Positions 30,246-38,822 of a stretch of DNA of 64,000 nucleotides are shown one piece after another. The position numbers and the translations under genes were made by a program. The notes beneath the pieces are model-generated. The model made no database searches. It saw only the letters and a list, made by a program, of their open reading frames with translations, and was not told the DNA's origin. Each line of letters begins with the position of its first letter. Position 1 is the first letter of the stretch. The stretch is taken from assembly GCA_964549865.1 (NCBI GenBank), contig CAZJYB010000002.1, positions 512-64,511 of the forward strand, written 5' to 3'. This stretch comes from an uncultured Anaerolineaceae bacterium (GTDB lineage Bacteria; Chloroflexota; Anaerolineae; Anaerolineales; Villigracilaceae).

Positions 30246-31172
30246 ATGTTGAACGCTTTGATCACCGGTGTTGGCGGTTTTGTTGGGGTTGGCCTCGAAC
30301 AGCATCTCACCTTGAATGGCTGGCAGGCTTACGGTTTGGATTTGCGTTCGGTGGGTGAATCTACGAAATATTTTCTTGGAGATATTTCTGACCGCGGTAT
30401 GCTCAAGCGCTCTTTAACCGAATCCAACCCACAAGTCATCTTTCATCTGGCGGGCATTATAAAATCTGATCAACCAGAAAAGCTGTATTTAGCAAATCTG
30501 GTTGGTACTGTGGCGTTGTTCGAGGCCGTGATGGAGTTTGGGATTCGCCCTGTTATCGTGGTTGCAAGTTCAAGTGCAGTATATGGTCACACCTCTGGGG
30601 CCAGGCCAGTCAGTGAGAAAATGCAATTGCATCCCGTGACCCATTATGCGGTCAGTAAAATGGCGCAGGAAGCGGTGGCTTTGCGTTATTATGAATCCTT
30701 TAAACTGCCTGTCAAGATCGTGCGTATGTTCAATTTACTAGGCCCGGGCCAACCGGCAGATCTGGCTTGTTCGGCTTTCGCGCGCCAGATCGCACTCGCT
30801 GAACTGCGCGGCGAAAATGAAATTGTGACGGGTAATTTGGAAGCGCAGCGCGATTTTGTGGATGTGCGCGATGCAGTACGAGCTTTTACCTTGATCGCCG
30901 AAAAAGGAAAGGCGGGCCAGGTTTATAATGTATGTTCGGGACGGGCAGTGACACTCCGCCAGTGTTTGGATGAGATGCTTTCCATGTCACCAAGGAAGTT
31001 TACGGTCCGGATGGATGAGGATCGGATCCAGAAGAACGATATTCCTATTCAAGTGGGAAGTGCGCAAAAGCTAAATCAGATTACTGGCTGGCATCCTCAA
31101 ATTTCTTTGCGAGAATCCTTGCAAGATCTATTAAACGATTGGCGTGAAAGAGTAAAATCAGGAGTGGAGTAA
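30246..31172 (+). CDS. rmd: GDP-4-dehydro-6-deoxy-D-mannose reductase-like SDR (GDP-D-rhamnose forming)
   Basis: Motifs seen are [53 protein letters not shown] and GWHPQISLRESL. From memory, these parallel Pseudomonas Rmd blockwise. Confidence 0.65.
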   Translation: MLNALITGVGGFVGVGLEQHLTLNGWQAYGLDLRSVGESTKYFLGDISDRGMLKRSLTESNPQVIFHLAGIIKSDQPEKLYLANLVGTVALFEAVMEFGIRPVIVVASSSAVYGHTSGARPVSEKMQLHPVTHYAVSKMAQEAVALRYYESFKLPVKIVRMFNLLGPGQPADLACSAFARQIALAELRGENEIVTGNLEAQRDFVDVRDAVRAFTLIAEKGKAGQVYNVCSGRAVTLRQCLDEMLSMSPRKFTVRMDEDRIQKNDIPIQVGSAQKLNQITGWHPQISLRESLQDLLNDWRERVKSGVE

Positions 31173-31174
31173 AA

Positions 31175-32164
31175 ATGGATTGGAAAGGTAAAAAAGTGCT
31201 GGTTACTGGCGCCGGTGGATTCATTGCCAGCCATCTGGTCGAACAATTGGTGATGGAAGGTGCACAAGTACGGGCATTCATTCGGTATAACTCACGCAAT
31301 GATATGGGTATGTTGCGTCTCATTCCGGCAGAGGTGTTTTCGCGGCTTGAGATCATCCATGGTGACTTGCGTGATGTGGAGGCTGTCCGTGGTGCAGTGC
31401 GGGATGTGGATACAGTTTTTCACCTCGGTGCACTGATCGCCATTCCTTATTCATATGTTCATCCTCGCGAAGTTGTTGAAGTGAACGTTATGGGGACCAT
31501 GAATGTATTGATGGCAGCTCGTGATTTGCGTGTGCGGCGCGTGGTGCATACTTCCACAAGTGAAGTATATGGCACAGCGCAATATGTGCCGATTGATGAG
31601 GCGCATCCACTCCAGGGTCAGTCACCGTATTCTGCCAGCAAGATCGGTGCAGATAAGATCGCAGAAAGTTTTTACCGTTCATTTGAAGTGCCGGTGGTTA
31701 CCCTGCGCCCCTTCAATACCTACGGGCCGCGCCAGTCTACGCGTGCAGTCATCCCCACGATCATTACTCAGGCGCTTACTCGGGATGAAGTGAAACTCGG
31801 GAGCCTGGATCCCATGCGCGATTTCACCTATGTTGCTGATACTGTCAATGGTTTTATGCGTGTGGCAGAAGCCGATCATGTGCTGGGGCAGGAGATCAAC
31901 CTCGGCAACGACAATACCATTCGCATCGGTGATCTGGCCGATAAGATTTTTGGGATCATCGGCAGGACCCCCAAATTGATCTCTGACTCACAGCGCATTC
32001 GCCCCGGAAAAAGTGAAGTGATGAAACTTTGGGCTTCAAATCATAAGGCAAAAGAAATGATCGGATGGGAACCCCGCATCTCTCTGGATGAGGGCCTGCG
32101 CCTCACCATTGAGTGGATTGCCGCTCATATCGATTTGTATCGCCCGGACCAATATACGGTATAG
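31175..32164 (+). CDS. NDP-sugar dehydratase/epimerase (extended SDR)
   Basis: Motifs seen are VLVTGAGGFIASHL, TSTSEVYG and SPYSASKIGADK. The substrate cannot be assigned by eye. Confidence 0.7.
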   Translation: MDWKGKKVLVTGAGGFIASHLVEQLVMEGAQVRAFIRYNSRNDMGMLRLIPAEVFSRLEIIHGDLRDVEAVRGAVRDVDTVFHLGALIAIPYSYVHPREVVEVNVMGTMNVLMAARDLRVRRVVHTSTSEVYGTAQYVPIDEAHPLQGQSPYSASKIGADKIAESFYRSFEVPVVTLRPFNTYGPRQSTRAVIPTIITQALTRDEVKLGSLDPMRDFTYVADTVNGFMRVAEADHVLGQEINLGNDNTIRIGDLADKIFGIIGRTPKLISDSQRIRPGKSEVMKLWASNHKAKEMIGWEPRISLDEGLRLTIEWIAAHIDLYRPDQYTV

Positions 32165-32171
32165 AGAAAAG

Positions 32172-32882
32172 ATGCGCGCTATTATTCTTGCCGGCGGCAA
32201 AGGTACACGCCTTGCCCCGTACACAACTGTTTTTCCCAAACCGCTTATGCCGATCGGTGAAATGCCGATCCTTGAAATTGTTATTCGTCAATTGCAGCAG
32301 CATGGTTTTAATGATCTAACCCTTGCAGTTGGCTACCTAGCTGAATTGCTCATGGCCTATTGTGGAGACGGCAGCAAGTTCAATGTTAAGTTGGGATATT
32401 CACGCGAAGAACAGCCGCTTGGTACCGCTGGCCCCATTGCACTTGTGCCTGATTTGAATGAAACCTTCCTGGTGATGAATGGAGATTTACTCACCACCAT
32501 TGATTACAGCGAAATGCTTAAGCGTCATCGTGAACGAGGCGCGCTGGCCACTGTTGCCTGTTACCAACGCGATGTGAAGATCGATCTCGGTGTCATCGAC
32601 GTGGATTCCGATAACTGGGTCGCCAATTATATTGAAAAGCCCACCTATCATTATGCCGTCAGCATGGGCATCTATATCTTCGAGCCGGCCATCCTTGATT
32701 ATATTCTCCCAAACCAGCGCCTGGACCTGCCCGAACTTGTATTGAAGTTGATCAGTCAAAAGCAGAAAGTTAATGTGTTCAATTTCGATGGTTACTGGCT
32801 GGATATTGGGCGGCATGAGGATTACGAGACCGCCATCCATGAATTCGTCAAGAATCGGGAAAAGTTCCTGAGGGAAGAGTGA
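32172..32882 (+). CDS. Sugar-1-phosphate nucleotidylyltransferase
   Basis: It has the motif MRAIILAGGKGTRLAPYTTVFPKPL and LGTAGP. NTP specificity is unknown. Confidence 0.8.
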   Translation: MRAIILAGGKGTRLAPYTTVFPKPLMPIGEMPILEIVIRQLQQHGFNDLTLAVGYLAELLMAYCGDGSKFNVKLGYSREEQPLGTAGPIALVPDLNETFLVMNGDLLTTIDYSEMLKRHRERGALATVACYQRDVKIDLGVIDVDSDNWVANYIEKPTYHYAVSMGIYIFEPAILDYILPNQRLDLPELVLKLISQKQKVNVFNFDGYWLDIGRHEDYETAIHEFVKNREKFLREE

Positions 32883-34138
32883 GTTCTGCAATCCTGGTGC
32901 TTTTTACCGCCTCCTATCCTTATATAGTTGGAGGCGAGCAAAATTTCCTCGAAATGGAATTACAACATTTATTGCCGTCTTTTAAGCGGGTTGTGCTTGT
33001 ACCGGAGCAGTCTAATGGGTCGCGCCTGAACGAGCTCCCTCTCACGGAGGTTGACGGTAGTTATTCCAGTCATCTGGGTTCATATGGCATACTGCACACG
33101 TTTTTACGCGGACTCCTTTCGCCTCTTTTCTATCGCGGCCTTATGGAGAAACCCGTCCTGTTTTTTTCCTTTTCCGCGCTAAGGCGCTTGTTTTCGTTTG
33201 CAGGGAAGGCGGAAATAACAAGGCAATGGGTGACGAAATGGTTAAGAGCCCAGGACCTGGATGGAAAGGATTGCCTTTTCTACACGTACTGGTTCGATCA
33301 GGCAGCCGCAGGCATTTCCCTTGCCCGGCAAAGTTTTCCGGGATTGCGGTTGATTTCGCGCGCGCATGGCTACGACGTATACGAGGAACAATACTATAAT
33401 CCTCCCTTCTGGCCGTGTCGTAAATGGGTCCTGTCGGTCATCGATCGCGTTTATCCGGACTCAAAAGCCGCGGTCGCATATCTTCGCAGGAAATATCCTG
33501 ATTTTTCATCGAAATATGAAGCTTCGTTGTTGGGCGTCAGGGATCCCGGCTTTATTACAATGCCATCACAGGACGGTGTTTTTCGGATTATTTCATGTTC
33601 AATGATACGACCCGTAAAACGGGTGGATCGGTTGCTCAAAGCCATTCGGCATGCCGCGGTGCTGCGCCCGGACCAAAAAATTGACTGGCATCATTTTGGG
33701 ACTGGGGATATGCTGAATGCATTACAGAAGACCGCGGACGAGACCTTTTCTTCAAATGCCCGGGCTTATTTTCATGGATATTCAGACAATCCGGCATTGA
33801 TGCGCTTTTACAGGGAAAATCCACTCGATGTGTTCGTCAATCTTAGTGAATCCGAAGGTACCCCGGTCTCCGTCATGGAGGCCATTAGCTGCGGCATTTC
33901 TGTGATTGCAACCGCGGTCGGAGGAAATACGGAGATCGTATCGGAACAGAATGGCCTGCTGCTGAGCCCGGACCCTCTTGTGGACGAGGTGGCTTCCGCC
34001 TTCTTTTACTTTATGGACAATCCGACAGAGGCGGAAAAGAAACGAAACGCCAGTCGTGAGGTGTGGCAATCACAATATAACGCTGACCGTAATTTTTCGA
34101 TCTTCGCTCAAAAATTGATATCCGTGCGATCTGAATAA
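32879..34138 (+). CDS. Glycosyltransferase family 4
   Basis: It has VFVNLSESEGTPVSVMEAISCGISVIATAVGGNTEIV. Confidence 0.75.
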   Translation: MSSAILVLFTASYPYIVGGEQNFLEMELQHLLPSFKRVVLVPEQSNGSRLNELPLTEVDGSYSSHLGSYGILHTFLRGLLSPLFYRGLMEKPVLFFSFSALRRLFSFAGKAEITRQWVTKWLRAQDLDGKDCLFYTYWFDQAAAGISLARQSFPGLRLISRAHGYDVYEEQYYNPPFWPCRKWVLSVIDRVYPDSKAAVAYLRRKYPDFSSKYEASLLGVRDPGFITMPSQDGVFRIISCSMIRPVKRVDRLLKAIRHAAVLRPDQKIDWHHFGTGDMLNALQKTADETFSSNARAYFHGYSDNPALMRFYRENPLDVFVNLSESEGTPVSVMEAISCGISVIATAVGGNTEIVSEQNGLLLSPDPLVDEVASAFFYFMDNPTEAEKKRNASREVWQSQYNADRNFSIFAQKLISVRSE

Positions 34139-34313
34139 TATACAAATGAAAATAAATGCAACCTGTTTTGTCATGACAGTTCGAATTGGGCCATCCCGTG
34201 AGACCAAAACACCTGCCGGGTCGTTGGCGACGGATATTGGTTTTTGGCGGCATCACACGATCTTTTGCCGTGCTCAAACCGCGCATACGGTCATTGATCG
34301 AAGGCCATTGTAG

Positions 34314-35420
34314 ATGCGGATCGCATACGTCACCATCCATGTGGCTCCGCAGATCATGCAGGGAGGCGTGGGCGGTAAGATAAAAAGTCAGATATCCATC
34401 TGGCGCGAACACGGCCATGAAGTCACCCTGTTCGCGCTGACACCCGCGCCGATCCCCTTTTCGGACGCCCGTTCGTTTATTTTTGAAAGCCATTTCAGGT
34501 TCAGGTTGTTTGAGCTGATCGAACGCGAGATCAATCGTTCGATCATGCTAAAGCGCATGCTTGCTTCCGTGCGGGAATACCGGCCCGACCTGGTCTACCT
34601 TCGATTTGGTCTGTATTCATTTCCATTACACCGCATTTTCAAGATTGTCCCTGTCATACTGGAGGTCAACTCAAACGACCTGGACGAATACCGTTCGCGT
34701 GGAATGTTCTTTTACTGGTTAAATCGTGCGACCCGGGGTTTTATGTTCTCACATTGCGCAGGCTGGGTGGCTTCCAGTCATGAATTGGCCGACCGCAGGG
34801 AAAATCGCCGGCACGACAAGCCGGTGTCTGTGGTCTCGAATGGAATTGAACTGGATAAATATGAACCCTTTACGCCACCAGATAACCAGACGCCCTGCCT
34901 GTCTCTGGTGGGATCTCCCGGTATGAACTGGCACGGGGTGGATAAACTATTTGCACTTGCGACGCAGTATCCAGACCTGCTGATCAACATTATCGGGTAT
35001 CGGCCGGAGGATATAAGCCTGTCCATACCTGCCAATCTTCGTTTACACGGTTACCTGACCCATGAAGATATCAAGAGGGTGCTTGCCGCCACGGATGTGG
35101 TGTTCGGGACCCTGGCTTTACATCGCAAAAAAATGGAGGAAGCCTCACCGCTTAAAGTGCGCGAAGCGCTCGCCTATGGGATTCCCATCGTGATAGCCTA
35201 TCGCGATACGGATTTGAATGAACTTCACATGGACACCATTTTACGACTTCCCAATACTGAAGAAAATGTCATTCAAAATGCAGGGCATATTCGCAAATTT
35301 GCCTACGAGATGATGGGAAAACGTGTGGATGTTGACTTCCTTGCACCGTATATTGACCAGTGTCGCAAGGAGGAAACCCGCTTAAGCTTTTTCCGCGCGA
35401 TCCTGGATGGCAAGGTCTAA
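34314..35420 (+). CDS. Glycosyltransferase (GT4-like)
   Basis: Motifs seen are MRIAYVTIH..GGVGGK and EEASPLKVREALAYGIPIV. Confidence 0.65.
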   Translation: MRIAYVTIHVAPQIMQGGVGGKIKSQISIWREHGHEVTLFALTPAPIPFSDARSFIFESHFRFRLFELIEREINRSIMLKRMLASVREYRPDLVYLRFGLYSFPLHRIFKIVPVILEVNSNDLDEYRSRGMFFYWLNRATRGFMFSHCAGWVASSHELADRRENRRHDKPVSVVSNGIELDKYEPFTPPDNQTPCLSLVGSPGMNWHGVDKLFALATQYPDLLINIIGYRPEDISLSIPANLRLHGYLTHEDIKRVLAATDVVFGTLALHRKKMEEASPLKVREALAYGIPIVIAYRDTDLNELHMDTILRLPNTEENVIQNAGHIRKFAYEMMGKRVDVDFLAPYIDQCRKEETRLSFFRAILDGKV

Positions 35421-36560
35421 ATGAAGCCCTTGTCCATTTTGCTCCTTGGATCCCAAATGGCCACCGGCGGTGCCCAGAAGATCCTTCTTGATCAGGCGCG
35501 CTGGTTCCATGAGCACGGACATAAAGTAACTGTTGCGTTCTTTTATGACCGGGATGGTCTATTCAATGCCTGGAGGGAATCCCTGGGTCTGCCTCTGCAT
35601 GATCTGCAGGCATTCGACCGCAAGTCAGGTTTTTTTAAACGGGGCCTCTTATTCTTTAATGGCATGAGGAGACTATGGTCCATTCTTCGACGTGAAAAAT
35701 TCGATGTCGTGGTGACCTATACTCACGATAGTAACATGGTGGGCCTGCCCCTGGCGTGGCTGGCTGGCGTACCCGTCCGTATCGGGACACATCTGGGAGC
35801 GATACGCGGAATTCCAAAATGGCGGGAAAAGATCCATGCCCTGATGGTTAATATTGGATGTATTCAGACCCTGATCGTGGCATCCAAAGGAACGCAACAA
35901 AACGCAGTAAGAGAGGGTGTTTCGCCTGCTCGAATCCAGGTGATTCCAAACGGCGCCCAGCTATTTCACCTGGATCTCACAGATAGAAATAAAGTTCGCC
36001 ACAAGTTGGGGGTGGGCGAAGACCAGGTTCTACTGCTTTCAGTTGGACGCCTGGTCTATGAGAAGGGTCATGAGTTTCTTATACGTGCCATGCCGCAGGT
36101 GATTAAAGAATTTCCCGATGCGAAGGCCGCAATTTGCGGAAGTGGTCCTTTACAGGAATATTTGGCTTCCCTTATTTCACTCAACGTCCTCGATGATCAT
36201 GTGAAATTGCTTGGCCAGTGGGATGATATACCCAGCCTTCTGGGCGCGGCCGATGTTTTCGTATTACCATCCCGTTGGGAAGGATTATCGATCGCTTTGT
36301 TGGAAGGCATGATTGCAAAACTCCCGGTGGTAATCACGCGGGTGGAGGGAGTGGATGAGGTTATTGAAGACAATCTGAACGGTTTACTGGTGCCCCAGGA
36401 GGATTCGATGGCTCTCGCAAAAGCTATATTACAATTATTGAGGAATCCTGAAAAACGAGTCGGCATGGGTCTTGCAGGCCATGCGCGCGTCCTGCAAGGA
36501 TACACGACCGACCGCATGTGTGAACAATACTTGAAAGTGATAGAGAAACTTCTTGAATAG
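35421..36560 (+). CDS. Glycosyltransferase family 4
   Basis: Motifs seen are LLLGSQMATGGAQK and VFVLPSRWEGLSIALLEGMIAKLPVVITRVEGVDEVI. Confidence 0.85.
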   Translation: MKPLSILLLGSQMATGGAQKILLDQARWFHEHGHKVTVAFFYDRDGLFNAWRESLGLPLHDLQAFDRKSGFFKRGLLFFNGMRRLWSILRREKFDVVVTYTHDSNMVGLPLAWLAGVPVRIGTHLGAIRGIPKWREKIHALMVNIGCIQTLIVASKGTQQNAVREGVSPARIQVIPNGAQLFHLDLTDRNKVRHKLGVGEDQVLLLSVGRLVYEKGHEFLIRAMPQVIKEFPDAKAAICGSGPLQEYLASLISLNVLDDHVKLLGQWDDIPSLLGAADVFVLPSRWEGLSIALLEGMIAKLPVVITRVEGVDEVIEDNLNGLLVPQEDSMALAKAILQLLRNPEKRVGMGLAGHARVLQGYTTDRMCEQYLKVIEKLLE

Positions 36561-36599
36561 CATCCTGTTTGAATATTTTCCCCGGATCAAGGTCCTTTT

Positions 36600-38795
36600 A
36601 TGAATAGGGCTTTTTCACAAGCTGTCGTTGGAAAAGCGCTGGGATCCCTGCTGCTTGCGTGGGTACTACTGGGCCTATGTTCCGAGTTTTACCAAATCGC
36701 CTGGGGCACCGGGAACTGGCGCGGTGAATTTTCGCGTACCTGGGCTTTACTTTATTACGGTTTAATTTTTACTTGTGTTGTACTCTTTGTATTTGCCGGT
36801 TCTTTTATCTGGCAGCGCGAGCGATTCGTGCGTTTCATTGATCGCATCATTATGGTCCGCCGGCGTTTTGGAAATCTGCGCTGGTTATTGGGCCTGTTTG
36901 TACTGCTTGCTCCGATCTGGTTTTTCCAGCATAGCCCATGGGGATTGGTCTTTCAAAAATTTTATTTTCGTATGGCGATCTGGGCGGTCATGGTTTATTT
37001 ACTCGCCATTATTTTTTCGAACGGCGCTTATCTCGCGGGTTGGAGGGAATTCCTGGCATCACTTGTGCTGACCTCCAGCATCTTTTCCATTGCAGCTTCG
37101 CTGAATTTTGTGAACGGATATCCGTTCTCGCTGGCTTGGTCGGAGGGCAATCGTCTGTGGGACTATTCCATTCTCTTTGGGAGGGAGTTGTATGATTATC
37201 CGGCCGACCAGGGTATTTTTGTATTCCTTGATTCTGGCCGTAAACTCGTGGGTGGCCTGCCTTTCATCTTCCCCGGCGTAACGATCAGTATTCAGAGGCT
37301 GTGGGTGGGGCTCACCTTGATCATTCCTTATCTTTTGCTTGGGCTTGCCGCCTTTCGGATGATGGCAAAAGATAAAAAAATCTGGCTGATCGCAACTCTT
37401 TGGACCTATCTCTTCCTCAACCAGGGTCCCATTCATGCCCCCCTTGTTTTAAGTGCCGCACTGGTTGCGCTGGCCTGGCGCTCGCCATTGTGGTTTGCAA
37501 TTCCATTGGTGGTCGGCGCGGGATATTTTGTGCAGGCGAGCCGCTTCACATGGGTTTTCGCCCCCGGTATTTGGATCGTTATGTTGGAATTTACATCCGC
37601 TTCCTTATCGGACCCCAAAACTGCCCGGGCTACATGGGCACGTTCCATCGCTTTGGGTTTTTTTGGCATCTTCGGCGGTTTTTTTCTGCCGACAGTACTC
37701 GCGCTATCAACCGCTGCTTCAAATGCCGTAGCTGCGATTGACCCTGTCACAGTGACTCCAATTGCAACAGTAGCTTCTCAATCTGCGATGCCGCTCGCAG
37801 CCACCCCTGTTCCCACTGCCGTAATAGTGGAGAATATTTCTCGTCCCGCATATATTGATCATGTAATCCAATTGGTCATGGATCAACCACTATTGTGGTA
37901 TCGTCTGCTGCCCAATTCCACTTACGGCAATGGAATCCTGTACGCGCTTTTGCTTGCAGTTGGCCCGTTGCTGGTGATTTTGTTTTACCTTGCGATCAAA
38001 AAATTGTGGCGCTTGAACGCCCTGCAAAAACTTTGTCTTGTTTTGCCATTACTTGCATTCCTCGCTGTTGGGCTTGTTGCAAGTACGAAGATCGGCGGCG
38101 GCGGTGACTTGCACAACATGGATATGTTTCTGATCGGCCTGTTTTTCAGCGGGGTGGTTGCCTGGCAAAATGGCGGCAAAGATTGGTTACAGGATGCGCA
38201 AGCTGTGCCTCAAATTATGAAGATCGTGGTGGTTGTTCTTCTGGTGACATTATCTTCTGTAGGTCCTCTTATGGAGATGCGTTCCTATAGCTTTGCAGGA
38301 GATACCCGTTGGCTGAAAACGCTGACCGATTTGCCTGAAATGGCCACGCTCGATATGTTGCCCGTACCAAAAGTTGTGGATTCCGCCATTCAAACCATTC
38401 AAGCAGAAGTGGATCAGGCTGAACCGCGAGGGGAGATCCTGTTCATTGACCAGCGTCAGTTATTAACTTTTGGATATATTAAGAACGTTCCTCTTGTTCC
38501 AGAGTATGAGAAGAAAGTATTGATGAATCAAGCCTTAAGCTCCGATGCCGAATATTTCAAGGAATTTTATGCCGATCTTGCTGCCCAGCGTTTTTCATTG
38601 ATTGTTAGTGAACCACTGCGTACCCCGATAAAAGATAGTTCGTATCAGTTTGGCGAAGAAAATAACGCCTGGGTAAAATGGGTGGCAGCACCGATTTTGT
38701 GCTATTATGAGCCGCTTGATACACTAAAAGAAGTTAATGTTCAGTTGCTAATTCCCAAAACCGAGGCTGTTGATTGCCAGGCCATACTTCCCTGA
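36600..38795 (+). CDS. Polytopic membrane protein with a soluble C-terminal domain; unassigned family (paralog A)
   Basis: It is a long 731-aa ORF with many TM helices. The conserved blocks YPFSLAWSEGNRLWDYSILFGR, STKIGGGGDLHNMDM and FGEENNAWVKWVA are shared with 38823-40916. Confidence 0.5.
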   Translation: MNRAFSQAVVGKALGSLLLAWVLLGLCSEFYQIAWGTGNWRGEFSRTWALLYYGLIFTCVVLFVFAGSFIWQRERFVRFIDRIIMVRRRFGNLRWLLGLFVLLAPIWFFQHSPWGLVFQKFYFRMAIWAVMVYLLAIIFSNGAYLAGWREFLASLVLTSSIFSIAASLNFVNGYPFSLAWSEGNRLWDYSILFGRELYDYPADQGIFVFLDSGRKLVGGLPFIFPGVTISIQRLWVGLTLIIPYLLLGLAAFRMMAKDKKIWLIATLWTYLFLNQGPIHAPLVLSAALVALAWRSPLWFAIPLVVGAGYFVQASRFTWVFAPGIWIVMLEFTSASLSDPKTARATWARSIALGFFGIFGGFFLPTVLALSTAASNAVAAIDPVTVTPIATVASQSAMPLAATPVPTAVIVENISRPAYIDHVIQLVMDQPLLWYRLLPNSTYGNGILYALLLAVGPLLVILFYLAIKKLWRLNALQKLCLVLPLLAFLAVGLVASTKIGGGGDLHNMDMFLIGLFFSGVVAWQNGGKDWLQDAQAVPQIMKIVVVVLLVTLSSVGPLMEMRSYSFAGDTRWLKTLTDLPEMATLDMLPVPKVVDSAIQTIQAEVDQAEPRGEILFIDQRQLLTFGYIKNVPLVPEYEKKVLMNQALSSDAEYFKEFYADLAAQRFSLIVSEPLRTPIKDSSYQFGEENNAWVKWVAAPILCYYEPLDTLKEVNVQLLIPKTEAVDCQAILP

Positions 38796-38822
38796 ATATT
38801 TGTTATTTAATCAAACAAACTT

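Noticed and set aside
14637-34138. The possibility that the central block is a horizontally acquired island with different base composition.
   Set aside because: Some stretches (for example 14637-15613) look more A/T-rich by eye. I cannot compute GC content or codon statistics here, and I saw no tRNA, integrase or direct-repeat boundaries. A sliding-window GC and codon-adaptation analysis is needed before any claim.
34011-34493. A 160-aa minus-strand ORF and a 65-aa plus-strand ORF (34186-34383) in or around the 175-nt gap before the GT at 34314.
   Set aside because: I recognised no motifs. Both overlap the ends of well-supported GT4 genes. The plus-strand ORF has a GT-like RILVFGG string, but it is too short and out of frame with the neighbouring genes to support a call.
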